The notes below the pieces were generated by a model. The model searched no databases, was not told where the DNA came from, and worked only from the letters and a program-made list of their open reading frames with translations. From a virus, in IMG/VR virus record IMGVR_UViG_3300002835_006866, positions 1 to 64,000 of that record: DNA of 64,000 nucleotides; one strand, 5' to 3'. A program made the position numbers and the translations under genes. Position 1 is the first letter of the stretch. Each line of letters opens with the position of its first letter. Of this stretch, positions 38,013 to 46,496 are shown one piece after another.

Positions 38013-39273
38013 TCCAAAAGATGATGTAGAAACACAATGGGATAAATGGAGAGATTCCGGCATTGTGTATGAGAACATTGATGAGAGTGATCTTCGGGAG
38101 AGGGTCATTCGTGATTTGTCCTATGTTTCACAAATGGATGTTAAAGAGTATACTTTGTTCCAGAAATGGTGTGAAGTGCAAGATAGATATCCATCTATTG
38201 TGGTCAATGATTTGTGGGAAGGAGAGAAACGAGTCATCTCCGACCCGAATCAACAGAAGGCTATTGATGAAATCAAGAGCAACTTTTGGGTACAAAACGA
38301 TGTTGATGATTACTTAAACATTGAGCCAGAACTCCTATATACAAATAAAGAAGATGATTTACCTGAGTTGTGGAATTGTATACGTACATTTTCTTCAACG
38401 ATGAAAAACAATTCTAATATTGGTCGTAACTTAAATTTTGTTGTACGTGATAAAGTAACTAAAAAGTATCTTGGTGTTACTTGCATCAGTTCAGACTTTC
38501 TTGATTTAACACCAAGAGATAACTTTATTGGCTGGGAAAGAGAAAAGAAAACTCAGGGTGGTATGATTAATCATACAGCCATTGGTTCAACAATTGTTCC
38601 ACTACAACCTCTCGGTTTTAATTATGTTGGTGGTAAATTGTTAGCACTTCTTTGCTTGTCAACACCAATTCAAGAATTATGGGAAAACTTATATGGTGAT
38701 AAACTTGTTGGTATAACCACGACTTCTTTGTATGGTAAAACAAAGGCCGGTGGTCTGTCTCAATACGATAATCTAGATTTTTGGCAGCCAATGGGTTTTA
38801 CTTCAGGCTCAGTTTCATTTGAACCTCTGGCAGAAACACGTTACATGATTCGTGAGTGGTTAAAAACAAATCACACCAGAAAATATTTTGAGTGGTATGT
38901 TGCAAAGAAACCATCTGGTCAACCACATAAACGTGACCATAAAAACAGATCGCTGTCTTTTGCATACAACAAACTTTCTGTACCAAAAGAATTGATTCGT
39001 TCCGAACATGCAAGAGGAATTTATTTTTCGCCATTGTATGATAAGACTTGTGAATTTCTTCGTGGCGAAAATGATGGCAGTAACATGGTAAAATTATTTG
39101 ATACAAGTGTCGAGAATCTTACCAATGTTTGGAAACAAAAACATGCCAAACCGAGAATCAAACAATTGGCAAAGAAAGGTAGAATATCTACCGAAAACCT
39201 TTTTTATGATGATCTTGCCGTCTTAACCTGGCAAGAAACAAAAGATAAATATTTGCCTCAAGTGGGTCGATAA
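37996..39273 (+). CDS. DUF4338/DruA-like protein, copy 1
   Basis: GR.L.F.V.D....KYLG, PLQPLGFNYVGGKLLAL, TTSLYG, SQYD, G.TSG. Confidence 0.65.
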   Translation: MSYRFDPKDDVETQWDKWRDSGIVYENIDESDLRERVIRDLSYVSQMDVKEYTLFQKWCEVQDRYPSIVVNDLWEGEKRVISDPNQQKAIDEIKSNFWVQNDVDDYLNIEPELLYTNKEDDLPELWNCIRTFSSTMKNNSNIGRNLNFVVRDKVTKKYLGVTCISSDFLDLTPRDNFIGWEREKKTQGGMINHTAIGSTIVPLQPLGFNYVGGKLLALLCLSTPIQELWENLYGDKLVGITTTSLYGKTKAGGLSQYDNLDFWQPMGFTSGSVSFEPLAETRYMIREWLKTNHTRKYFEWYVAKKPSGQPHKRDHKNRSLSFAYNKLSVPKELIRSEHARGIYFSPLYDKTCEFLRGENDGSNMVKLFDTSVENLTNVWKQKHAKPRIKQLAKKGRISTENLFYDDLAVLTWQETKDKYLPQVGR

Positions 39274-39284
39274 TCTGATATAAT
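39253..39284 (+). promoter_or_regulatory. TTGCCWC-class promoter upstream of the tRNA-like RNA
   Basis: TTGCCT-N20-TATAAT with TGn extended -10. Confidence 0.55.
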
Positions 39285-39294
39285 CTTTTCTAGT

Positions 39295-39357
39295 GCGGTG
39301 AGTCCGAGACAGCCTTCCCCCGAAGGTAGAGAGGTTTAACTCCTCTGAACCGCTCCA
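39295..39357 (+). ncRNA. 63-nt tRNA-like RNA with encoded 3' CCA
   Basis: Acceptor-like GCGGTGA/GAACCGC-T-CCA; T-arm AGAGG-TTTAACT-CCTCT; small GTC-CGA-GAC arm; GCCTTC-CCCC-GAAGGT arm without a 7-nt anticodon loop. Confidence 0.65.
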
Positions 39358-39375
39358 CCCTTATCAAAGTGATAA

Positions 39376-39426
39376 CTGTTGCAAATACCGCAACAGGTTG
39401 ACAAACCTCCACTTTTGTGTTACCAT
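39376..39426 (+). promoter_or_regulatory. Early sigma70 promoter with upstream inverted repeat
   Basis: CTGTTGC-N7-GCAACAG then TTGACA(39398)-N17-TACCAT with TG extension. Confidence 0.7.
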
Positions 39427-39453
39427 TAACCTATACTGACAAAGGTTAACGAT

Positions 39454-41709
39454 ATGACAACTTTTACTGTTGAACAAAAGTCTCAGCTTGCTAAACTTAT
39501 GGCAACTGAGAACCTTACGGTCGAACACCAAAAAATTCGAACTGCTATGTTCGATACAAAAAACCGTGTTCTCTACTTGCCAATTTGGCAAAATATGTCT
39601 GGCCACCTTTATGACCTTTTGACCGGTCATGAAGTTGGCCATGCTTTGTACACTCCTGCGGAAGGTTGGCATGATGTTGCTACCGACAAGTCTAAAGGCA
39701 AAGGATACAAATCATTCCTAAATGTTCTCGAAGATGCTCGAATCGAGAAAAAAGTAATTCGTAAATACCCCGGTCTTCGGCTTTCTTTCCGCAAAGCTTT
39801 CAATGACCTATTTGAGCGTGATTTCTTTGGCATTAAAGATCAAAACATTGACAGCCTTTCCTTTATTGATCGATTGAATTTGTACACCAAGAGCCAATAC
39901 TCTTTAGATATCGGTTTTACCGATGAAGAGCAATTGATGGTTCAAGAAGTACAAGCTCTAGAAACTTGGGAAGATGTAGTAAAACTAGCCGATAAAATTT
40001 ACCAATATTCTAAAGAAGAGCAATACCAACTGGAAACGATTCAAGATTTTTCCAATTCCAACGGCTCTTATGATGGTGAAGAAGAATTTGATTTCGATGA
40101 TATTGAATCTGAAGAAGATGAAACCGATGGTGAACCAGATTCAACTTCTGAAGGTGGTGATAAAAACTCCAATCCGGAAAATTCTGAAAACTCCCAAGAT
40201 GATTTCAATTCTGAAGGTGAAAAATCCAATGGATCAAATCTAGAATCTAGAAAAGAATCACAAAATTCTTTTGATAATGGCTTCGATGATTTTTCACCTG
40301 GATGCCAAACAGATGAACAGTATCGCAAGAATGAAGATAAACTTTTGGATGAAAAATGCAAACCTTACTTGTATTTGAATATGCCAACTCCGAATTTGGA
40401 TGTCATTGTTACTCCTGCAAAGCGAGTACAACAACTTCTATCGGATAGTTTTGCTTCACAGATTGCTATAAATCGGTTCACGGCAAATGATGTAAACAAA
40501 TTTGTTCAAGATTTCAAAACCAAAAACGAAAAGTATATCAACCTTTTGGTGAAAGAGTTTGAAATGCGTAAGGCTGCAAAAGCTTTTAGCAAATCAAAAC
40601 AATCGGATACTGGTGATATTGATGTTTCCAAATTGTCTCTTTACAAGTTTGATGATAATATTTTCCGTAAACTTACGATTGTGCCAAAAGGCAAATCGCA
40701 TGGCATGATTCTTCTTTTGGATTATTCTGGTTCCATGTCACAAAACATGGCCGGCTCGATTGAACAAATTCTTGTTTTATCTTTGTTTTGCCGTAAAGTG
40801 AATATTCCTTTTCATGTTTATGCGTTTTCAAATTGCACAGCCACATGGTATATTGATAACGAAAAATCTTATGATGTAAGAAAGCCAGAATCTTTTAGTC
40901 AAAATCTAAATGAATTTGGTTCCTCTGATCTTATTCTTCGTGAATACTTGAACTCAAATATGGGAAATGCTGAGTTTAACAAAGCATTGAAGAATATGAT
41001 TTTGCTGAAAATGTCGTATGCTGGTCGTGGCACTCGGTATATTATGCGGCCACAAAGTGAATCGTTATCAAATACACCAATGAATGAGGCGATCATAGCA
41101 ATGAAACCTATTATGGAAAAATTCAAGAAAACCAATAACTTGGATATTACAAATTTGGTCATTGTTCATGACGGTGAATCTGATGATATCAATCGCTATC
41201 ACAAAGAGCCCAATGAAGAAAATTCTGGGTATACTGGTTGGTACAATACTACTTCACAAAACGTGATTATGCAGGATAAAAAAATAAAGTTTCAATCAAA
41301 AATTGAAACTAATTTGAATCAATCTCTTTTGAAGTGGTTTTCACAAACGACTGGTTCTAAAATTTTTGGTTTCTTTATTGTTCCACCAACCAACATTAGT
41401 CGGGTATTGATGTCAAAATACTGTGATAAGAATGGTAATCATTTGCCTTACAATGCCGATATGTGGGATATAAAGAAAGAATTAGCTAAAAAATTCAGAA
41501 AAGAAAAATACCTTCTTTCTAAGAACCCTGGATTTGATTCATTTTTCTTTATAAATGGTGGTGATGATCTTTTGGCTGAAGATGAGGAACTTGAAATTGA
41601 AGGTAAAATAACTTCGGCTAAATTGAAAAATGCCTTCATGAAATATAATAAGAGCAAACAAATCAATCGAATTCTTGTTTCTAAATTCATTGAAGGTATT
41701 GCAACTTGA
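39454..41709 (+). CDS. HExxH metallopeptidase-like + VWA domain protein (CobT-like partner of MoxR ATPase)
   Basis: HEVGH, N..EDARIE, long acidic linker, MIDAS DYSGS...NTP...HDGE. Confidence 0.8.
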   Translation: MTTFTVEQKSQLAKLMATENLTVEHQKIRTAMFDTKNRVLYLPIWQNMSGHLYDLLTGHEVGHALYTPAEGWHDVATDKSKGKGYKSFLNVLEDARIEKKVIRKYPGLRLSFRKAFNDLFERDFFGIKDQNIDSLSFIDRLNLYTKSQYSLDIGFTDEEQLMVQEVQALETWEDVVKLADKIYQYSKEEQYQLETIQDFSNSNGSYDGEEEFDFDDIESEEDETDGEPDSTSEGGDKNSNPENSENSQDDFNSEGEKSNGSNLESRKESQNSFDNGFDDFSPGCQTDEQYRKNEDKLLDEKCKPYLYLNMPTPNLDVIVTPAKRVQQLLSDSFASQIAINRFTANDVNKFVQDFKTKNEKYINLLVKEFEMRKAAKAFSKSKQSDTGDIDVSKLSLYKFDDNIFRKLTIVPKGKSHGMILLLDYSGSMSQNMAGSIEQILVLSLFCRKVNIPFHVYAFSNCTATWYIDNEKSYDVRKPESFSQNLNEFGSSDLILREYLNSNMGNAEFNKALKNMILLKMSYAGRGTRYIMRPQSESLSNTPMNEAIIAMKPIMEKFKKTNNLDITNLVIVHDGESDDINRYHKEPNEENSGYTGWYNTTSQNVIMQDKKIKFQSKIETNLNQSLLKWFSQTTGSKIFGFFIVPPTNISRVLMSKYCDKNGNHLPYNADMWDIKKELAKKFRKEKYLLSKNPGFDSFFFINGGDDLLAEDEELEIEGKITSAKLKNAFMKYNKSKQINRILVSKFIEGIAT

Positions 41710-41760
41710 TGTTGTTTATTGGCAACAGCCCTTGACAAAGGGCTGTTTTTTTGATATAAT
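41710..41760 (+). promoter_or_regulatory. Early sigma70 promoter with upstream inverted repeat
   Basis: TGTTG-N8-CAACA then TTGACA(41732)-N17-TATAAT. Confidence 0.8.
41724..41752 (+). terminator. Intrinsic terminator overlapping the -35 of the next promoter
   Basis: AACAGCCCTT-GACA-AAGGGCTGTT followed by T tract. Confidence 0.7.
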
Positions 41761-41791
41761 TGTTGTACAACATTGATATGGAGTTTACATT

Positions 41792-42964
41792 ATGACTAAG
41801 CGTGAAATGACCCGTCAAAAGTTTCTAGAAGCTCTCCAAGGTCTGGGTAAAGCCCAAGTGACTAAAACGGAGATTAAGCAAGTGTGTGAAACTTTGGGAA
41901 TTTCTGGTGCTTCATGGTTTACTAAAGAAGAAACAAACAAAGTTTCCCGTGGCCTTTACCGAGTTCCTGCTGCCACTGTTGATACTGTTAATATGCAGGC
42001 TCAAGTTATTCCTATGACCAAAGCCATGGAAAAATCCACAAACAAAATCGTTAATGTTCAAACTGATTTGGACAGCGTTGATTTGATTCCTAAACAATAC
42101 AAAAACTATGTTCCTTTTGGTGATTTTGAGGATATTGTTTCGATTGTTTCTTCGAAAAAGTTTTTCCCTGTTTTCGTTACTGGTCATTCTGGTAACGGTA
42201 AAACCATGAGCATCGAACAAGCCTGTGCAAAGGCAAAACGAAAATTCATTTGTATTTCGATGACACCTGAAACCGATGAAGGTGATCTTCTTGGTAATTA
42301 TGTTCTGATTAATGGCAATATGGAATGGCGTGATGGTCCTGTGACCACTGCTGCTCGTCAAGGTGCTGTTCTGTGTATCGATGAGATTGACTATGGTGCT
42401 CAGAATCTATCTTGCCTTCAGCGTGTTCTAGAAGGTAAACCTTTCATGCTCAAAAAGAAAGGTGAACTGATTGTTCCTGCTGAAGGGTTCACTATCTTTG
42501 CTACCGCAAATACTAAAGGTAAAGGTTCTGATGACGGTCGTTATATGTTCACCAATGTTCTGAACGAAGCATTTCTTGAGCGTTTTCTGAACACTTACGA
42601 ACAGAAGTGGCCTCCTGTTAAAATCGAAAAGAAAATCATCGAAAAGGAACTACAATCTGTTGGTCGTGAAGATGCCGATTTCTCTGATAAATTGGTATTG
42701 TGGGCTGATACAATTCGCCGAACTTTCGATGATGGTGGTTGTGATGAAGTGATTTCTACTCGCCGTTTGGTGCATATCGTAAATACTTATGGTATTCACG
42801 GTGATAAAATGAAATCAATTTCGCTCTGCCTAAATCGCTTTGATGAAGATACTAAGGCAAGTTTTCTCGATCTGTATAGCAAAATTGATGCCGGTGTTAA
42901 TCCTGAAGAAATAACACCTGCTCCGGAAGTTTCAGCTCCTGTTGAACCAGAACAACCTTTCTAA
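41792..42964 (+). CDS. MoxR/CobS-like AAA+ ATPase
   Basis: GHSGNGKT, W.DGPV, CIDEID, TANTKG.G, LNEAFLERF, STRRL. Confidence 0.9.
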   Translation: MTKREMTRQKFLEALQGLGKAQVTKTEIKQVCETLGISGASWFTKEETNKVSRGLYRVPAATVDTVNMQAQVIPMTKAMEKSTNKIVNVQTDLDSVDLIPKQYKNYVPFGDFEDIVSIVSSKKFFPVFVTGHSGNGKTMSIEQACAKAKRKFICISMTPETDEGDLLGNYVLINGNMEWRDGPVTTAARQGAVLCIDEIDYGAQNLSCLQRVLEGKPFMLKKKGELIVPAEGFTIFATANTKGKGSDDGRYMFTNVLNEAFLERFLNTYEQKWPPVKIEKKIIEKELQSVGREDADFSDKLVLWADTIRRTFDDGGCDEVISTRRLVHIVNTYGIHGDKMKSISLCLNRFDEDTKASFLDLYSKIDAGVNPEEITPAPEVSAPVEPEQPF

Positions 42965-42972
42965 TCAATTTC

Positions 42973-43002
42973 AGCCCATCGGTTAAGATGGGCTATTTTT
43001 TT
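42973..43002 (+). terminator. Intrinsic terminator after the AAA ATPase
   Basis: AGCCCATC-GGTTAA-GATGGGCT-ATTTTTTT. Confidence 0.8.
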
Positions 43003-43022
43003 ATCTTTTACCTGACTAACTG

Positions 43023-43051
43023 TTGACAAACAAAGAAGGTAAGTTTATAAT
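43023..43051 (+). promoter_or_regulatory. Consensus sigma70 promoter of the HTH gene
   Basis: TTGACA-N17-TATAAT. Confidence 0.85.
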
Positions 43052-43058
43052 TGTCAAC

Positions 43059-43100
43059 TTGAGAGAACGGTCTCCTCTCAACCGTTTTTAATGTGAGACC
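43059..43100 (+). promoter_or_regulatory. Predicted H-type pseudoknot in the 5' leader
   Basis: Stem 1 TTGAGAG/CTCTCAA; loop segment GGTCTC pairs with GAGACC at 43095-43100. Confidence 0.55.
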
Positions 43101-43117
43101 AATTTATGGAGTTTGTT

Positions 43118-43408
43118 ATGCCTAACTATTCTAACATGTCTGCAAAAGAAAAAATCCTTGCTTATCTTTCGAAAGAAGATGGCTACAACACTTTGACCGT
43201 TGCACAAGCTCGTGCTCGCTTCAAAATCGATAATGTGACTGCCCGTATCGATGAACTCCGCAAAGAGGGATATGCGATTTATACCAATCGTAAAACTCTC
43301 GCCGATGGCCGCAAGATTCAATACTACAAACTAGGCAAGCCAACTAAGAAAGTTGTCGCCGCTGGTGTAGAATATCTTCGTATGCAAGGTATCAATGCTT
43401 TTGCCTAA
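43118..43408 (+). CDS. Winged helix-turn-helix protein
   Basis: KILAYL...LTVAQARARF.I.NV.ARIDELRKEGY.IY; start set at ATG 43118 after GGAG. Confidence 0.7.
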   Translation: MPNYSNMSAKEKILAYLSKEDGYNTLTVAQARARFKIDNVTARIDELRKEGYAIYTNRKTLADGRKIQYYKLGKPTKKVVAAGVEYLRMQGINAFA

Positions 43409-43428
43409 TTTGGGCTAGAAAAAGCATC

Positions 43429-43470
43429 GAGGAAGTAATACATATAGGTGTTACTTCCTCTTTTTATTTT
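43429..43470 (+). terminator. Intrinsic terminator after the HTH gene
   Basis: GAGGAAGTAATAC-ATATAG-GTGTTACTTCCTC-TTTTTATTTT. Confidence 0.8.
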
Positions 43471-43481
43471 ATGGGTGAATT

Positions 43482-44297
43482 ATGGAAATTGAAGTTAAGA
43501 TTGATGATTTGAAGAAAAATAAAATATTTGTTGCTACGCCGATGTATGGCGGTATGTCACATGGACTGTATGTAAAGTCCTGCCTCGATTTACAAACAGT
43601 TATGACACAATACGGTGTAGAAACCAAATTTTCATTTCTGTTTAATGAATCACTCATTACCAGAGCAAGAAATTATTTGGTAGACGAGTTTCTCCGCTCA
43701 GGTTACACACACTTACTTTTCATTGACTCGGATATTCATTACAATCCGCAAGATGTTTTAGCTCTGTTGGCATTAGATAAGGATGTTATTGGTGCTCCTT
43801 ATCCAAAAAAATCTATTAACTGGGGTAATGTGGCTACAGCTGCACGAACACACCCAAATATGGAACCAAAAGAACTTGAAAACCTTGTTGGTGAATATGT
43901 ATTCAATGTAGTGAAAGGCACACAACACTTTCAAGTTACCGAACCCTTAGAAGTGATGGAAATTGGAACAGGTTTCATGTTGGTAAAACGTAACGTGTTT
44001 GAAAGAATGGAAGTGGAATATCCAAACATTCGATACAAGCCAGATCATGTTGGTCAAGCCAACTTTGATGGATCACGTTACATTCATGCCTACTTTGATA
44101 CAGTAATTGACCACAAAGATTCTATCACTGGTGGTGGATCAGAACGCTATCTATCAGAAGATTACATGTTCTGCCAAATGTGGCGTAAAATGGGCGGTAA
44201 AATCTATCTGTGTCCTTGGATGAGAACACAACATATTGGTACTTACGCTTTCACAGGTAATATGCCTGCTGTTGCTCAATTCACTGGAAGGCTGTAA
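43482..44297 (+). CDS. GT-A fold glycosyltransferase-like protein
   Basis: IFVATPMYGG, ESLITRARN, FIDSDI (DxD), GTGFML, LSEDY.FC, H.G. Confidence 0.65.
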   Translation: MEIEVKIDDLKKNKIFVATPMYGGMSHGLYVKSCLDLQTVMTQYGVETKFSFLFNESLITRARNYLVDEFLRSGYTHLLFIDSDIHYNPQDVLALLALDKDVIGAPYPKKSINWGNVATAARTHPNMEPKELENLVGEYVFNVVKGTQHFQVTEPLEVMEIGTGFMLVKRNVFERMEVEYPNIRYKPDHVGQANFDGSRYIHAYFDTVIDHKDSITGGGSERYLSEDYMFCQMWRKMGGKIYLCPWMRTQHIGTYAFTGNMPAVAQFTGRL

Positions 44298-44602
44298 TGC
44301 AAGAGCAAGGTCGTAAATTTGATGGAGGCAAACTAGAATATGGTTTGCTTCCACCTTTGGCTTTAAAAGCCACAGTTGATGTTCTTACCTTTGGTGCTCA
44401 AAAGTATGAACGTGATAATTGGAAAAAAGTTTCTGATTCCAAACGTAGATACTTTGATGCCATGCAAAGACATATCTGGGCATGGAAAGAAGGTGAAGTA
44501 AATGATCCTGAATCTGGTCGCCATCACTTAGCTCATGCTATGTGTTGCCTCATGTTTCTGTATGAACATGATATACTATATTCAGTAGATGACAATTCTT
44601 AA
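44297..44602 (+). CDS. dATP/dGTP diphosphohydrolase domain protein (DUF5664-like)
   Basis: KFDGGK..Y.LLP, FGAQKY..DNW, A..RH, DPESG.HHLAHA.CCL.FL. Confidence 0.85.
   Translation: MQEQGRKFDGGKLEYGLLPPLALKATVDVLTFGAQKYERDNWKKVSDSKRRYFDAMQRHIWAWKEGEVNDPESGRHHLAHAMCCLMFLYEHDILYSVDDNS
44545..44577 (+). promoter_or_regulatory. TTGCCWC-class promoter upstream of gp45
   Basis: TTGCCT-N21-TATACT with TGn extension. Confidence 0.45.
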
Positions 44603-44616
44603 TTATGGAGTAAAAC

Positions 44617-45306
44617 ATGAAGTTATCAAATGATACCCTTTCTGTACTAAAAAACTTTGGTTCTATCAATCAAGGTTTGTTTTTCAAAAAAGGTAACACA
44701 CTAAAGACAGTTTCTTCTCATAAAAATATTCTCGCTCAAGTGGATATTAAAGAAGATATTCCTACTGATTTTGGTGTTTATGACCTAAACAATTTTCTTT
44801 CTGTAGTTTCTCTACACAAAGATGACCCGTCTTTCGATTTCGACGACAAGCATGTGGTGATCGTTGGTAATAAAGGTCGTAGTAAAATCAAATATCGTTT
44901 TTGTGATCCAAAAATGATTAACACACCACCCGAAAAAGATATTGCAATGCCAGAACCAGAAATCAAGTTCGAATTTTCTTCGGAAGATTTCGAATGGATT
45001 CTACGTGCTGCGTCTGTTCTATCTTCTCCTCATGTGGCTATTCAATCTGATGGTGAAGAAGTTCATATCGTCACACTCGACCTTCAAAATGACTCTTCGC
45101 ATACCGACTCTCTTAAACTAAATGTTAAGGGTGATGGTAACAAATACAAGATGATTTTCAAAACAGAAAACATCACTAAAGTTATGCCCGGTTCTTATGA
45201 TGTTTTTATTTCTTCAAAAGGAATCTCCCGTTGGAATAACAAAAACATCGCTCTAAAATACTGGATCACTACTGAATCTGGAAGCAAATTCGAAAGGTCT
45301 GAATAA
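44617..45306 (+). CDS. gp45: Sliding clamp gp45
   Basis: MKLS..TL.VLKNF.SIN, FG.YDL..FL, F..EN..V.PG.Y.V.IS, YW. Confidence 0.93.
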   Translation: MKLSNDTLSVLKNFGSINQGLFFKKGNTLKTVSSHKNILAQVDIKEDIPTDFGVYDLNNFLSVVSLHKDDPSFDFDDKHVVIVGNKGRSKIKYRFCDPKMINTPPEKDIAMPEPEIKFEFSSEDFEWILRAASVLSSPHVAIQSDGEEVHIVTLDLQNDSSHTDSLKLNVKGDGNKYKMIFKTENITKVMPGSYDVFISSKGISRWNNKNIALKYWITTESGSKFERSE

Positions 45307-45524
45307 TGGCTTTATATAACTTTACAAATGTTTTTGAAGGTAATGCATCAGACACTATCGCTATCAACTCTGACTATGTTGTAGCCGTGTATGAAACATT
45401 GTATCCTAATCCTGATACAAATGAACTTGATGCTGTCACGAATATTTTTACCTCAAATAGTATTACATACCAAGTTAGAGAGAATTACTTAACTGTAATT
45501 GCCACATTAAACTCTAACAACTGA
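45306..45524 (+). CDS. Small hypothetical protein
   Basis: 72 aa, TAATG-coupled to gp45. Confidence 0.6.
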   Translation: MALYNFTNVFEGNASDTIAINSDYVVAVYETLYPNPDTNELDAVTNIFTSNSITYQVRENYLTVIATLNSNN

Positions 45525-45530
45525 TACAAT
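45499..45530 (+). promoter_or_regulatory. TTGCCWC-class promoter upstream of gp44
   Basis: TTGCCA-N20-TACAAT with TGn extension. Confidence 0.5.
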
Positions 45531-45563
45531 TACACTTTATTATGATTTACGTGAGGACTAAAA

Positions 45564-46496
45564 ATGGAACATCTATTGTGGACAGAGAAGTATCGTCCCA
45601 AAACCATCGAAGATTGTATTCTCCCGGAACGGCTAAAGAAGCCGTTTCAGGAGTACGTCAATCAACAAAACATTCCAAATCTTCTCTTGAGTGGTGGAGC
45701 GGGCGTTGGGAAAACAACAGTAGCGAAAGCTCTGTGCAACGAGATCGGCTGCGACTACATCGTAATCAATGGTTCTGATGAAAGAAACATCGACACATTT
45801 CGTGTAACGATTAAGAACTATGCTTCATCTATGTCTTTGTCTGGTGGCCGCAAGGTCATCATCATTGATGAAGCTGATTATCTGAATCCAAATTCGACAC
45901 AGCCTGCTCTTCGTAATGCTATAGAAGAGTTTGCAAGTAATTGCTCTTTCATCTTTACTTGTAACTACAAGAATCGAATCATTGAGCCGTTGCATAGTCG
46001 CTGTGCTGTCGTTGAATTCAATTTGAAGAATGGTGAGAAGGCTAAGATGGCTTCTCTCTTTTTCATGAGAATTCAATCGATTTTGCAAAGTGAAAAAGTC
46101 GAGTATGATGACAAGGTCCTGGCTGAGCTCATCAAGAAACACTTTCCAGACTTTCGCCGTATCATCAATGAGCTGCAGCGTTACTCTCAGTTTGGTAAGA
46201 TCGATACTGGTATCCTGTCGCAGATTGGTGATATAACCCTTACTGAGCTGATTGGCTACCTGAAGTCGAAAGACTTTTCTAATGTCCGGAAGTGGGTGGC
46301 CAGCCATGACATTGATCCTGCCACCATGTACAGGAAGATTTACGATTCGCTAAATGAGTTGCTAAAGCCGCAATCCGTTCCGCAGGCCATAATTATTTTA
46401 GCGGATTATCAGTATAAAGCGGCATTTGTCGCTGACCAGGAGATAAATACTTTGGCTATGCTCACGGAAATCATGGTCGATTGCGAGTTTTTATGA
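45564..46496 (+). CDS. gp44: Clamp loader large subunit gp44
   Basis: LWTEKYRP, GGAGVGKTT, IIDEAD, LHSRC, FPDFRR. Confidence 0.96.
   Translation: MEHLLWTEKYRPKTIEDCILPERLKKPFQEYVNQQNIPNLLLSGGAGVGKTTVAKALCNEIGCDYIVINGSDERNIDTFRVTIKNYASSMSLSGGRKVIIIDEADYLNPNSTQPALRNAIEEFASNCSFIFTCNYKNRIIEPLHSRCAVVEFNLKNGEKAKMASLFFMRIQSILQSEKVEYDDKVLAELIKKHFPDFRRIINELQRYSQFGKIDTGILSQIGDITLTELIGYLKSKDFSNVRKWVASHDIDPATMYRKIYDSLNELLKPQSVPQAIIILADYQYKAAFVADQEINTLAMLTEIMVDCEFL

Noticed and set aside
37996-39273. Complete Druantia defence system
   Set aside because: No DruE-type large helicase or DruB-D; DUF4338-like genes are isolated among phage core genes
39295-39357. Canonical tRNA gene (e.g. Gly-CCC)
   Set aside because: Only 63 nt, no 7-nt anticodon loop or U33, no D-loop GG; reported as tRNA-like instead
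39454-42964. CobS/CobT cobalamin biosynthesis
   Set aside because: No cobN or other cob genes; the partner has a peptidase-like domain; generic MoxR-VWA pair
45825-46307. 160-aa minus-strand ORF, and the other minus-strand ORFs in the track
   Set aside because: All lie antisense to clear T4 core or enzyme genes, lack recognisable motifs, and are expected shadows
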